Of a stretch of DNA of 32,000 bases, positions 8,755-16,276 are shown in pieces. The notes beneath the pieces were generated by a model. The model saw only the letters and a list, made by a program, of their open reading frames with translations, ran no database searches and was not told where the DNA came from. Every line of letters starts with the position of its first letter. Position 1 is the stretch's first letter. The DNA comes from an archaeon (lineage in GTDB: Archaea > Iainarchaeota > Iainarchaeia > Iainarchaeales > CSSED10-239), in contig JBBABY010000002.1 in assembly GCA_041657425.1 (NCBI GenBank), forward strand, positions 90,001 through 122,000, in the 5' to 3' direction. A program made the position numbers and the translations under genes.

Positions 8755-10184
8755 CTTCCTCCCATTTTTTGAAACATCATTCCTATTAATCCAAATATTG
8801 GAATAATTTCTAATCTTCCAACCCACATATTTATTATTAATACAATTTTTGGAATTAATGACATACTATGCTCTGCAATTCCTATTGGAACGCCTATATT
8901 TCCTTGTGTTGAAACAACTTCAAATATGCTTGTACTTAATGGATAGTTATAAGCTGTTAATATTAGTACTCCAAAAATTATAAAAAACACATAGCTTGCA
9001 ATAAAAAAATATAATAATCTAATTTCTGTATTTTCAATTATTCTTCCATTAAACTTTTTAGAAATATTTGAAAGATCTGGTAATCTTATTTCTCTTATTT
9101 GCCAAATTACAGATTTAATCAATAATAAAAATCTTTCTTGAGTAATCCCACCAGCGGTTGATCCTTTTGCGCCACCAATAAACATTATAAATATCAATAA
9201 AAAGAAAAGTAATGGCGCTAGCCCTGCAATCATTAAAGGAGTAAACGTAGTAAATCCGCCACCCATTGCCCCAATAATTAAACCAATTATACTTTGCCAA
9301 GTTTGTGTGCCTGATAAATAAATATAGAATATAACAAATAAGACTAATGCCATTAAAAACATAGAAATAACTTGCATATCTTTAAAATAAACAAATAGAT
9401 TCTTTTCTTTATACACCTTATAATGAGTAATAAATGAAATTGCTCCTAAAAAGATAATAAACGATACTGCTAATTGAATATTACTTTGATAAATATAATC
9501 GTTATTTGGCATGTCGTGGCCAGTTGTTGAAATTGCAGACATCGTATAAGTTACAGAATTTAATAAATCCATTCCAACAAGCAATAATAAAACTATCCCA
9601 ATTACTGTTAAAATTGTATATATTATCCAAAGATCCTTAATTGTATCCTTATAACTTACGTCCATTTGATCATGGCCTTCTGCTCTTGCGATTTTTTTAG
9701 AGGTAAATAACCCTGTATTTAACAAACCATAAAATGCAATTAAAACAATCCCTATTCCTCCAATCCAGGAAAGCAATGCTTTCCAAATATGCCAACTTAC
9801 TGTAGATACAATATACGGCAGAGTTGTTGTTCCTGTAGTTGTAAGAAGAGACATGGCATCAAAGAAAGAATCTATGAAATTATATCCAAAAACATAGTAT
9901 GGAAGAGTTGCGGCCGCACAAAAGATAATCCACACTCCGCAAATAATTAAAAGATAATGAACTCCACTTAATTCTACAAAATCATTTTTAGGAATAAATT
10001 TATATAGAATTAATCCAAATAGAAAAACTATAATAAAAGAAATCCCGTAGCTTAGTGTAAAAGCAAAAGGTTCTTTAAAAATTAAAGAAAATAATATTGG
10101 GATTAGAAATATGAAACTACTATAATAGATTATTTGACCAATGTACTTTAGAATCAAATTAAAATACCATCTTGTGTAATACAT
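8751..10184 (-). CDS. trkH: TrkH/KtrB-family K+ (cation) transporter membrane subunit
   Basis: The protein is polytopic with four repeated selectivity-filter-like motifs: TTGTTT, STTGH, GGAKGSTAGGI and STQGNIG. Confidence 0.85.
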   Translation of the reverse strand: MYYTRWYFNLILKYIGQIIYYSSFIFLIPILFSLIFKEPFAFTLSYGISFIIVFLFGLILYKFIPKNDFVELSGVHYLLIICGVWIIFCAAATLPYYVFGYNFIDSFFDAMSLLTTTGTTTLPYIVSTVSWHIWKALLSWIGGIGIVLIAFYGLLNTGLFTSKKIARAEGHDQMDVSYKDTIKDLWIIYTILTVIGIVLLLLVGMDLLNSVTYTMSAISTTGHDMPNNDYIYQSNIQLAVSFIIFLGAISFITHYKVYKEKNLFVYFKDMQVISMFLMALVLFVIFYIYLSGTQTWQSIIGLIIGAMGGGFTTFTPLMIAGLAPLLFFLLIFIMFIGGAKGSTAGGITQERFLLLIKSVIWQIREIRLPDLSNISKKFNGRIIENTEIRLLYFFIASYVFFIIFGVLILTAYNYPLSTSIFEVVSTQGNIGVPIGIAEHSMSLIPKIVLIINMWVGRLEIIPIFGLIGMMFQKMGGR

Positions 10185-10258
10185 TTTTTTTCCTTTTGAT
10201 TATAATAATATAGTAATAGTAAACTAAAATATATTTAAATGTATTTAATTTTATTAGT

Positions 10259-10747
10259 TTAAATTTCTATTTTTAAAAATTGAACTAATAACATTACAAT
10301 GCAAATAAAAAAGAAAGAAAAATAATAAAGCCAGGATTTTTTTGTCTTATATAAATAATAGAAAACTGCAACTCCAAAGATTAAACCAAGTAGATAAACT
10401 ATTGCTGGAGTTTGATAAAAAAATATTCCAATAGTAACAAAAATTGTGGCTAAAGGAACTACCAGATATGTTGCTTTCCAGAAATCTGGTAATTTTGATT
10501 TGTGTAAAATCAACCAAGAAATGAAAAAAATAAATATTAAAAATAACTGGCGCATTATCCCTGGAATTATTGTATAGGGAGAATTCTCATTCAATTGTAT
10601 AAATAATCCAAACAGTCTACTTAATAATCCTTGAAAAACCGCAGCTAATAGGAAGGTCAAAATTAAAAGAACATAACCAATAACAATAATTCCAATACCA
10701 GATAGTATCTTTTCTATAATCGGATTTTTGATTAATTTTGAGCTCAT
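10259..10747 (-). CDS. Small polytopic membrane protein, function unknown
   Basis: There are four to five hydrophobic helices and I recognise no motif. I moved the start to the internal Met (MSSKLIKNP...), because the first 25 codons of the track ORF run through the tRNA-like fragment. Confidence 0.45.
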   Translation of the reverse strand: MSSKLIKNPIIEKILSGIGIIVIGYVLLILTFLLAAVFQGLLSRLFGLFIQLNENSPYTIIPGIMRQLFLIFIFFISWLILHKSKLPDFWKATYLVVPLATIFVTIGIFFYQTPAIVYLLGLIFGVAVFYYLYKTKKSWLYYFSFFFICIVMLLVQFLKIEI

Positions 10748-10775
10748 TATTTTCTCGTTTTTAAAATATTTTACG

Positions 10776-10805
10776 CCGGTCAGGTGAGATTCGAACCCAC
10801 AAACC
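10776..10805 (-). pseudogene. Orphan tRNA 3'-half-like fragment (variable region, T-arm, 3' acceptor strand); no 5' half present
   Basis: The minus strand reads GGTTT GTGGG TTCGAAT CTCAC CTGACCG G. This is a canonical T-stem/T-loop followed by a 7-nt acceptor strand and a discriminator base. The upstream sequence is AT-rich with no D-arm or anticodon arm and no complementary CGGTCAG. The fragment matches the equivalent part of the nearby tRNA-Arg at 21 of 25 positions. Confidence 0.55.
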
Positions 10806-10940
10806 ACATTATATTTAAACAAGTAATAAAAATATATATAAATTGTTCTATTTCTATTTTTATTAATTAAATTATAAAGAGGAGAGAATATATATATATA
10901 TCGAGCAAAATTGCAATTACAAAAATTTAGACAAAATGGA

Positions 10941-11084
10941 ATGACTGAATCAAAAAAAATATATAATGCTAATAAAAATGCAAATAGTGTTAGTTTTGAA
11001 GAATATGTAACCAGACTAAAATCAGATATTGAAAGATTAACCCTTGAAAATCAGATTCTAAACAGATATATAAATAAAAAGTAA
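10941..11084 (+). CDS. Possible 47-aa ORF (MTESKKIYNANKNANSVSFEEYVTRLKSDIERLTLENQILNRYINKK), helical/coiled-coil-like
   Basis: This is the only open frame in the 290-bp spacer between the tRNA fragment and tRNA-Arg. It has no convincing RBS or TATA box and is below the track threshold. It could be fortuitous. Confidence 0.15.
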   Translation: MTESKKIYNANKNANSVSFEEYVTRLKSDIERLTLENQILNRYINKK

Positions 11085-11098
11085 ATTTGCTTTTAACA

Positions 11099-11173
11099 CA
11101 GGCCGGGTGGGATTCGAACCCACGATCCCAAGCTTAGGAGGCTTGTGCACTATCCAAACTATGCTACCGACCT
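11099..11173 (-). tRNA. tRNA-Arg (anticodon CCU), 75 nt, CCA not encoded
   Basis: I folded the minus-strand sequence by hand: AGGTCGG TA GCAT AGTTTGGATA GTGC A CAAGC CTCCTAA GCTTG GGATC GTGGG TTCGAAT CCCAC CCGGCCT G. The acceptor stem has 7 bp (one G-U), the D-stem 4 bp, the anticodon stem 5 bp and the T-stem 5 bp. The anticodon loop CU-CCU-AA gives the anticodon CCU. Confidence 0.85.
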
Positions 11174-11290
11174 TTTTTTATAATTTTAAAAAATAAGAAA
11201 CATTTTTAAATACTAAGTTTTTCTATATATAATATAATATATTTATTAGAGCAGTTTAAAAATATAAGTTTTAATCAAATAGTAGTAATT

Positions 11291-11860
11291 ATGAGTAAAA
11301 AAATATTGATAATGGTTGGCCCAGCGGGAAGCGGAAAAGGCACACAAAATCAATTGATTGAAAAAGAATTTGGATATAAGCCGTTTTCTATGGGTGACCT
11401 ATTAAGAGAAGAAGTAAGTAAGAAAACAATCCTTGGTAAAAAGATTAATAATATTATAAAGAACGGAAATCTTGTTACTCTTGAAATGGCAAGCGATTTA
11501 ATATTTAATAGAATAAAAAAAGAAAAATCTAGAAAAATATTAATGGATGGATTTCCAAGAGAATATGATCAGGCTGCAGTTTTTGATTACTTTTTACATT
11601 CTAATCAATTCAAATTTATGGGTGCGATACATATTAAACTTTCAAAAAAAGAGAGTATCAAAAGGCTATTATTAAGAAAACGACATGATGATGAAACTAA
11701 AGCAATTAACCAAAGACTAAATGATTATCATAATCTCACATCAAAAGTCATTGAAAGATATAAAGAAAAAGGAAAACTTATAGAAATTAATGGAGAACAA
11801 TCTATTGATGGAGTATTTAAAGAAATAAAAACAAAATTAAAAAAGATTAAAGGGATTTAA
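11291..11860 (+). CDS. adk: Adenylate kinase (short-LID type)
   Basis: It has the P-loop GPAGSGKGTQ, then MGDLLREE (NMP-binding region), DGFPRE, and a short LID (RKRHDDE) without a Cys4 zinc motif. Confidence 0.85.
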   Translation: MSKKILIMVGPAGSGKGTQNQLIEKEFGYKPFSMGDLLREEVSKKTILGKKINNIIKNGNLVTLEMASDLIFNRIKKEKSRKILMDGFPREYDQAAVFDYFLHSNQFKFMGAIHIKLSKKESIKRLLLRKRHDDETKAINQRLNDYHNLTSKVIERYKEKGKLIEINGEQSIDGVFKEIKTKLKKIKGI

Positions 11861-11865
11861 AAAAT

Positions 11866-13434
11866 ATGATTCCAGACCCTAGAATTATAGAAAATATACA
11901 AAAATTAAAAGATTTAGGAATGTCTAAAGATGACATTAAAAGTAACCTTATAAAGATGGGACTATCTTCATCTGATTGTGATGAATTAATAATCAATGCT
12001 TTTAATGGAACTGTAGAAAAGAAAGAAGAAATAATTATCCCAAAACCAACTATTGCAAAAGAATCAAATATTGCCAACTCAGTATCAAAAGAAGAAAAAA
12101 TAGATACTACTGAATTACCAGATAATTTATTTGATGATGATACCGATATTGGAACATTAAAAGATGAAAATCAAATTTTAGATATTAAAGACACATCAAA
12201 AGAAATCCCTGATATCACTAAAGGCCTTGGAGTTGATGAACTTAATTATTCTGAATCAGATTATAAATCTACAATTGAAGAATCTAAACCATTTTATAAT
12301 CTCAATAATAAAGCTCAAACTAATTCTAAAAATATAACTACAACTCCTACAAACTCAGATATCTGGGGTTCTGGTTTAGCAACTACTATCAACTCAAAAC
12401 TAAATGAAATTGATTTAAAACAAGCAAAGATGGAAGAATTCTTAAAACTCAGAATTGCTGAAGAAATTGAAAAATATAAGAGAATACAAGAAACTTCTAA
12501 GCAACTACTTACAACAAAAATAAATGAAGATGTTACCACTCAAACACACGAAATTAATACCCAATTAACTAGACAACTTGCTCAACTTAAAGTTGAACAA
12601 ATTAAAATTAATAAAAAAACCGAAGAAATCACTAATGGAAAAAAAGAAATTGAAGAACTAACTAAACATATGCAGTCATTTCAAACGCAATTAGTAGATC
12701 AAAATACAGTTTCACAAGAAAATGTAAATAAAATTATTGCAACAACTACTGTAAAGCTAAATGCCAAAATAAAAGAAATAAATGATATACTTGCACTTCA
12801 ATCAAGAATTACTCAAGGATTAATAAAAAATACTCAAACTGCAATTGGTGGAGAGATTACTAAGTTAAATGAATTTAAAGAAAATATTGATAAAAAAATT
12901 AATCCTCAACAATTGTATGATAAATTAAATCAATTAGAGCTATTTAAGCAACAACTTGCAAACAGATATGAAACAAGATTTGAAAATGTAAAAACAGAAT
13001 TTTTAGTTAAAGCAAGAGAGGCATTTAAAGATGAAATTAATAAAGATCTAAAAGATATAAAAACAGTTAGAGATACAATTGTTGCAAAAAGCGATCCTGA
13101 ATTAATTAATAAAAAGATAGAAGAATTAAATACTTTCCAAACACACCTTCTTTCTGCAATTGATGAAAAGATTTCTCAATCTCTTAAAGTCTATGAATCT
13201 GTAATCACTCAAGAAATAAAAGGAAAATCAAATGCAATTGATGAAGAAATTAAAAAAATAGAGAATGCAATGATTACTTTAGATTTAGCAAAAGAAAAAG
13301 TAACTGAACTTAATATGTTTAAAGATCAGTTTATTGCAATTATTGATAAAAATATAGAAAAAATAAATACAACCTTTTCTTTACTAGAAAATAAAATAAA
13401 AGAAATGGAAGAAAATCAAAAGAAACTAATGTAA
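11866..13434 (+). CDS. Long coiled-coil protein with a small N-terminal helical domain, function unknown
   Basis: The gene starts 5 nt after the adk stop. The N-terminal ~45 aa (IENIQKLKDLGMSKDDIKSNLIKMGLSSSDCDELI) are followed by an acidic/Thr-rich linker and then about 350 aa of heptad-like K/E/Q/I/L-rich sequence. I see no enzymatic motif. Confidence 0.55.
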   Translation: MIPDPRIIENIQKLKDLGMSKDDIKSNLIKMGLSSSDCDELIINAFNGTVEKKEEIIIPKPTIAKESNIANSVSKEEKIDTTELPDNLFDDDTDIGTLKDENQILDIKDTSKEIPDITKGLGVDELNYSESDYKSTIEESKPFYNLNNKAQTNSKNITTTPTNSDIWGSGLATTINSKLNEIDLKQAKMEEFLKLRIAEEIEKYKRIQETSKQLLTTKINEDVTTQTHEINTQLTRQLAQLKVEQIKINKKTEEITNGKKEIEELTKHMQSFQTQLVDQNTVSQENVNKIIATTTVKLNAKIKEINDILALQSRITQGLIKNTQTAIGGEITKLNEFKENIDKKINPQQLYDKLNQLELFKQQLANRYETRFENVKTEFLVKAREAFKDEINKDLKDIKTVRDTIVAKSDPELINKKIEELNTFQTHLLSAIDEKISQSLKVYESVITQEIKGKSNAIDEEIKKIENAMITLDLAKEKVTELNMFKDQFIAIIDKNIEKINTTFSLLENKIKEMEENQKKLM

Positions 13435-13440
13435 CCATTT

Positions 13441-15327
13441 CTATATTTTTTTAACTTTAATCACACCAGTTGCATATAGTATTATTGTTAATAAACACAA
13501 CACAATTATTCCTGCAAAAATTGAATTTCTAAGAGTTAAAAATCCTGTTAACTTTGTTTTTTCTATTGTTCCTTGTTGTGTTGCATCTTGGAACTTAAGA
13601 AGAACGGGTTTTTCTAAGACTCCACCGTTACTTGAAATAAATCTTAATTTTGCGTTGATTGATTCTTTAGGGATGTTACCAATATTTAATCTTCCGGTTA
13701 TGGTCTTTGTTTGTCCAGGATTTAGTGCAATATCCCTTTCAACAATCAAAACAACTTCTTGAGGAACACTTGTAAGTTCTATCTTACTTAGTACTAATGT
13801 ACTTGTTCCTGTGTTTCTTAAAGTTATTTCAAAATTCTTTGTAGTGTTCTGATCAATTGTTATTTCTGTAGGATATGACATTAATTCTAAATTAATAATT
13901 GCCATATTTCTAACAACTGTAATATTGTAGAATTGCTCATTATAAAAACCACTATCTCTTCCTCTAATTTTAATATATGTTCTTGAAAGACCAAGTGCGG
14001 TATCTTCTCCTGCTGACACGAAGACAGTTACTAGAGCTGATGAATGTGGACTAACATATACTGTATTGATTGGAGTTCTTGTTCTTAAATCATTATTGCT
14101 TTCAGTTGTGATTGTAAATTCGTCTCCTATGTCTCCTGTGTTCTTGATAAGAAGTATAAGTTCTAAGTTTTGTCCAATAACTAAATAAGGATCATTTCCG
14201 GTTAAACTTTGAACTGTAAAACCAAAATTCGGATTCACTAATAATTTTACTTTTTTTGTAATACTATGTATTCCATCAAAGAAATTAAGATTAATATCAT
14301 AAGTTCCTGAACTTATTTCTTTTGTTGTTTTAAATGTAAAGTCTACTGGTTTTGATTCTCCAGGGCCTAATGTTAATTGTAATTTTGAAATATTAATATC
14401 AATGTCAAGACTTACATGTTCTTCAGAAATATACATTGTCTTTGTATTTCTTGAATTATTTTTTATTGTGTATGTTACTGTTTTTTCTTGTTCTTTATTT
14501 ACATTATAAGTTATAGTTGCTGGACCACTTACTGTAAAATCAATATCTGTATCTGGACAATCTGTAGCATAAAGAGTTATTTCCTTTACTACTTTTATTT
14601 CCTCATTTTCAATTCTCATTTGTAAATCAAAAGTATCTCCTTGTTCTACATTTTCTGGAACGACTATATAATAATCTATTTCCTTATTATCTCTAAAATA
14701 AACTGGATTTGAATATTCTGAATTTATTTGTAATCTTGAATTACTTAAATATAAATAGAACAAACCATCTTGATAATCATTCTCTATTTCCATTGTTATT
14801 TTATTATTTCTACCAATACATAAACTATAATCATAAACATCAACTTGGAAATCTCCATCTTCTTCATCTTGATTTACTTCAATATCTGTTGTAAATTCAT
14901 TTATTTCTTGAGTATCTGAGTTTAATAGTTTAATATATACTGACAACGTTGAATTAGACTGATCAATTCCAGTTAAATATAAAGAACCAGTTTGTGTTGA
15001 ATTTCCAGACATTGTATAATTGTTTGAATAATTACAGGAAATCTCATTATCTCCGTCTTCACAATCAGCCCAAACAAGTATTCTTACAGTTTCTGGATTA
15101 TTGTTTTCAATTGTAAATCCGATTCTTATACTTGTATCTTCCATTAGAGAATAGGTTTCTTTTTCAAAAGTTAAATCGATATTATCTACATTTGCTTCTG
15201 CAAAGACAGTTCTTGTTGCAAATATAGAAATTAAAATTATAAATATCCCAATAAACAAATACTTTAGTTTACTGTTTATTTCGTTTGCTTTTGTTTTATT
15301 TTCAAAATCAATTATTTTTGTTTGCAT
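13441..15327 (-). CDS. Large secreted protein with repeated beta-sandwich (CARDB / COG1361 S-layer-like) segments and a C-terminal transmembrane anchor
   Basis: There is an N-terminal signal/anchor (LKYLFIGIFIILISIFATRTVFA-EA). Segments of the type 'TIKNNS..', 'LIKNTGDIGDEF', 'ITLRNTGTSTLVLSKIEL', 'LNPGQTKTITG' and 'LGPGESKPVDFTF' recur. The C-terminus has a hydrophobic helix plus a basic tail (IFAGIIVLCLLTIILYATGVIKVKKI). Confidence 0.6.
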   Translation of the reverse strand: MQTKIIDFENKTKANEINSKLKYLFIGIFIILISIFATRTVFAEANVDNIDLTFEKETYSLMEDTSIRIGFTIENNNPETVRILVWADCEDGDNEISCNYSNNYTMSGNSTQTGSLYLTGIDQSNSTLSVYIKLLNSDTQEINEFTTDIEVNQDEEDGDFQVDVYDYSLCIGRNNKITMEIENDYQDGLFYLYLSNSRLQINSEYSNPVYFRDNKEIDYYIVVPENVEQGDTFDLQMRIENEEIKVVKEITLYATDCPDTDIDFTVSGPATITYNVNKEQEKTVTYTIKNNSRNTKTMYISEEHVSLDIDINISKLQLTLGPGESKPVDFTFKTTKEISSGTYDINLNFFDGIHSITKKVKLLVNPNFGFTVQSLTGNDPYLVIGQNLELILLIKNTGDIGDEFTITTESNNDLRTRTPINTVYVSPHSSALVTVFVSAGEDTALGLSRTYIKIRGRDSGFYNEQFYNITVVRNMAIINLELMSYPTEITIDQNTTKNFEITLRNTGTSTLVLSKIELTSVPQEVVLIVERDIALNPGQTKTITGRLNIGNIPKESINAKLRFISSNGGVLEKPVLLKFQDATQQGTIEKTKLTGFLTLRNSIFAGIIVLCLLTIILYATGVIKVKKI

Positions 15328-15342
15328 TTTGTGGTCCTTTTT

Positions 15343-16185
15343 TTACTTTCTATAAACATATCTTATATATCTTGTTGAAAAAGATAATACTAAAATTATT
15401 AAAATAAATATTAAAATTATTTGAAATACTGTTGAATCTAAAGTAGTTAACACATCTATATTACCTAATGAGAATAGTCCTGTAAATACTGAAAATGGTT
15501 CATTTGGTTTTATTACATCTTTTTTTGGCAAGTCAATTGTAATATTACTATATATTCCATTACATCTGTAATCTAATTTTGTTTGATTAATGTCTGTTTT
15601 AAATAATCTAACTAATGAACTTTCTGTTGCTTTTATTGTTGAAATTTTACCAATTGGAACTTCTAAGTTAATGTCTCTTAAATCAAGAACATCTATGTTT
15701 TGATTTATATTACTATTATTTTTAAATATTAATTCTAGTTTGTAATTATCTGATTCTTTTACATAACTTATGAAATACTGTAAATCTACTTGGCACACTC
15801 TATTTGTTTTTTGAAGAATTGTAAAAGTAATTTTATTATAGTAGTCTATAGAAGTTACTTCTATGCTTGAACTGTAAGTTGATTCTAGTTGATTTTCTAA
15901 AGGAGTTATTGTTAATGGAACTAGTTTTGAAGTATTTGGTTGTAATCTTATTGTTGTTTCTGAGAAATAAGATGGATAAGGTGCAGTATATGACTTTAAT
16001 GTATAAGTTTGGACTGTACTTGTGGGGTTATAGATATAAAAATCCACAGAAATTTGTTTATCGACAAGAGTTACATTACTTGGAAAAGATGTTGTTGCAT
16101 TCCCAGCATAAACTACTTGTAAAGATATTAATGCAATTATTAATAGTAAAAATATTTTTTTAAACATAGAATTCACTCTCTGCAA
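15343..16185 (-). CDS. Secreted protein with a C-terminal transmembrane anchor, function unknown
   Basis: It has a Sec-type signal (MFKKIFLLLIIALISLQVVYA-GN), so the true start may be Met7 at 16167. The body is beta-rich and S/T/N-rich. The C-terminus has a TM helix plus a basic tail (FQIILIFILIILVLSFSTRYIRYVYRK). The gene lies 15 nt upstream of the 628-aa surface-protein gene. Confidence 0.55.
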   Translation of the reverse strand: MQRVNSMFKKIFLLLIIALISLQVVYAGNATTSFPSNVTLVDKQISVDFYIYNPTSTVQTYTLKSYTAPYPSYFSETTIRLQPNTSKLVPLTITPLENQLESTYSSSIEVTSIDYYNKITFTILQKTNRVCQVDLQYFISYVKESDNYKLELIFKNNSNINQNIDVLDLRDINLEVPIGKISTIKATESSLVRLFKTDINQTKLDYRCNGIYSNITIDLPKKDVIKPNEPFSVFTGLFSLGNIDVLTTLDSTVFQIILIFILIILVLSFSTRYIRYVYRK

Positions 16186-16276
16186 TTAACTTGTTACAGT
16201 TATATATATACTGTGCAAAGAAATGTTTTTAAACCTAGTTAATTACTAGAATTAGTGACTTTATAGAGAAGTGCAG

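Noticed and set aside
8755-8826. N-terminal 24-codon extension of the trkA ORF (MGWKIRNYSNIW...)
   Set aside because: It would overlap the trkH 3' end by 76 nt. The internal ATG at 8754 gives the classic ATGA stop/start overlap and begins right at the Rossmann beta-strand.
10748-10822. First 25 codons of the 187-aa track ORF (MFKYNVVCGFESHLTGVKYF...)
   Set aside because: This stretch is the translation of the tRNA-like T-arm/acceptor fragment. The hydrophobic protein proper starts at the next Met.
10776-10860. The tRNA-like fragment as a complete tRNA gene (possibly with an intron)
   Set aside because: I read about 90 nt upstream on the minus strand. There is no D-arm or anticodon arm and no CGGTCAG 5' acceptor strand. 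Only the T-arm and 3' acceptor strand are present.
10889-10901. (TA)n run tatatatatatat
   Set aside because: It is a short simple-sequence tract in an AT-rich spacer. It is not a CRISPR or structured repeat.
11847-12539. Minus-strand ORFs of 76 and 74 aa within the coiled-coil gene
   Set aside because: They are antisense to a 522-codon ORF and are typical shadow ORFs of purine-rich coding sequence.
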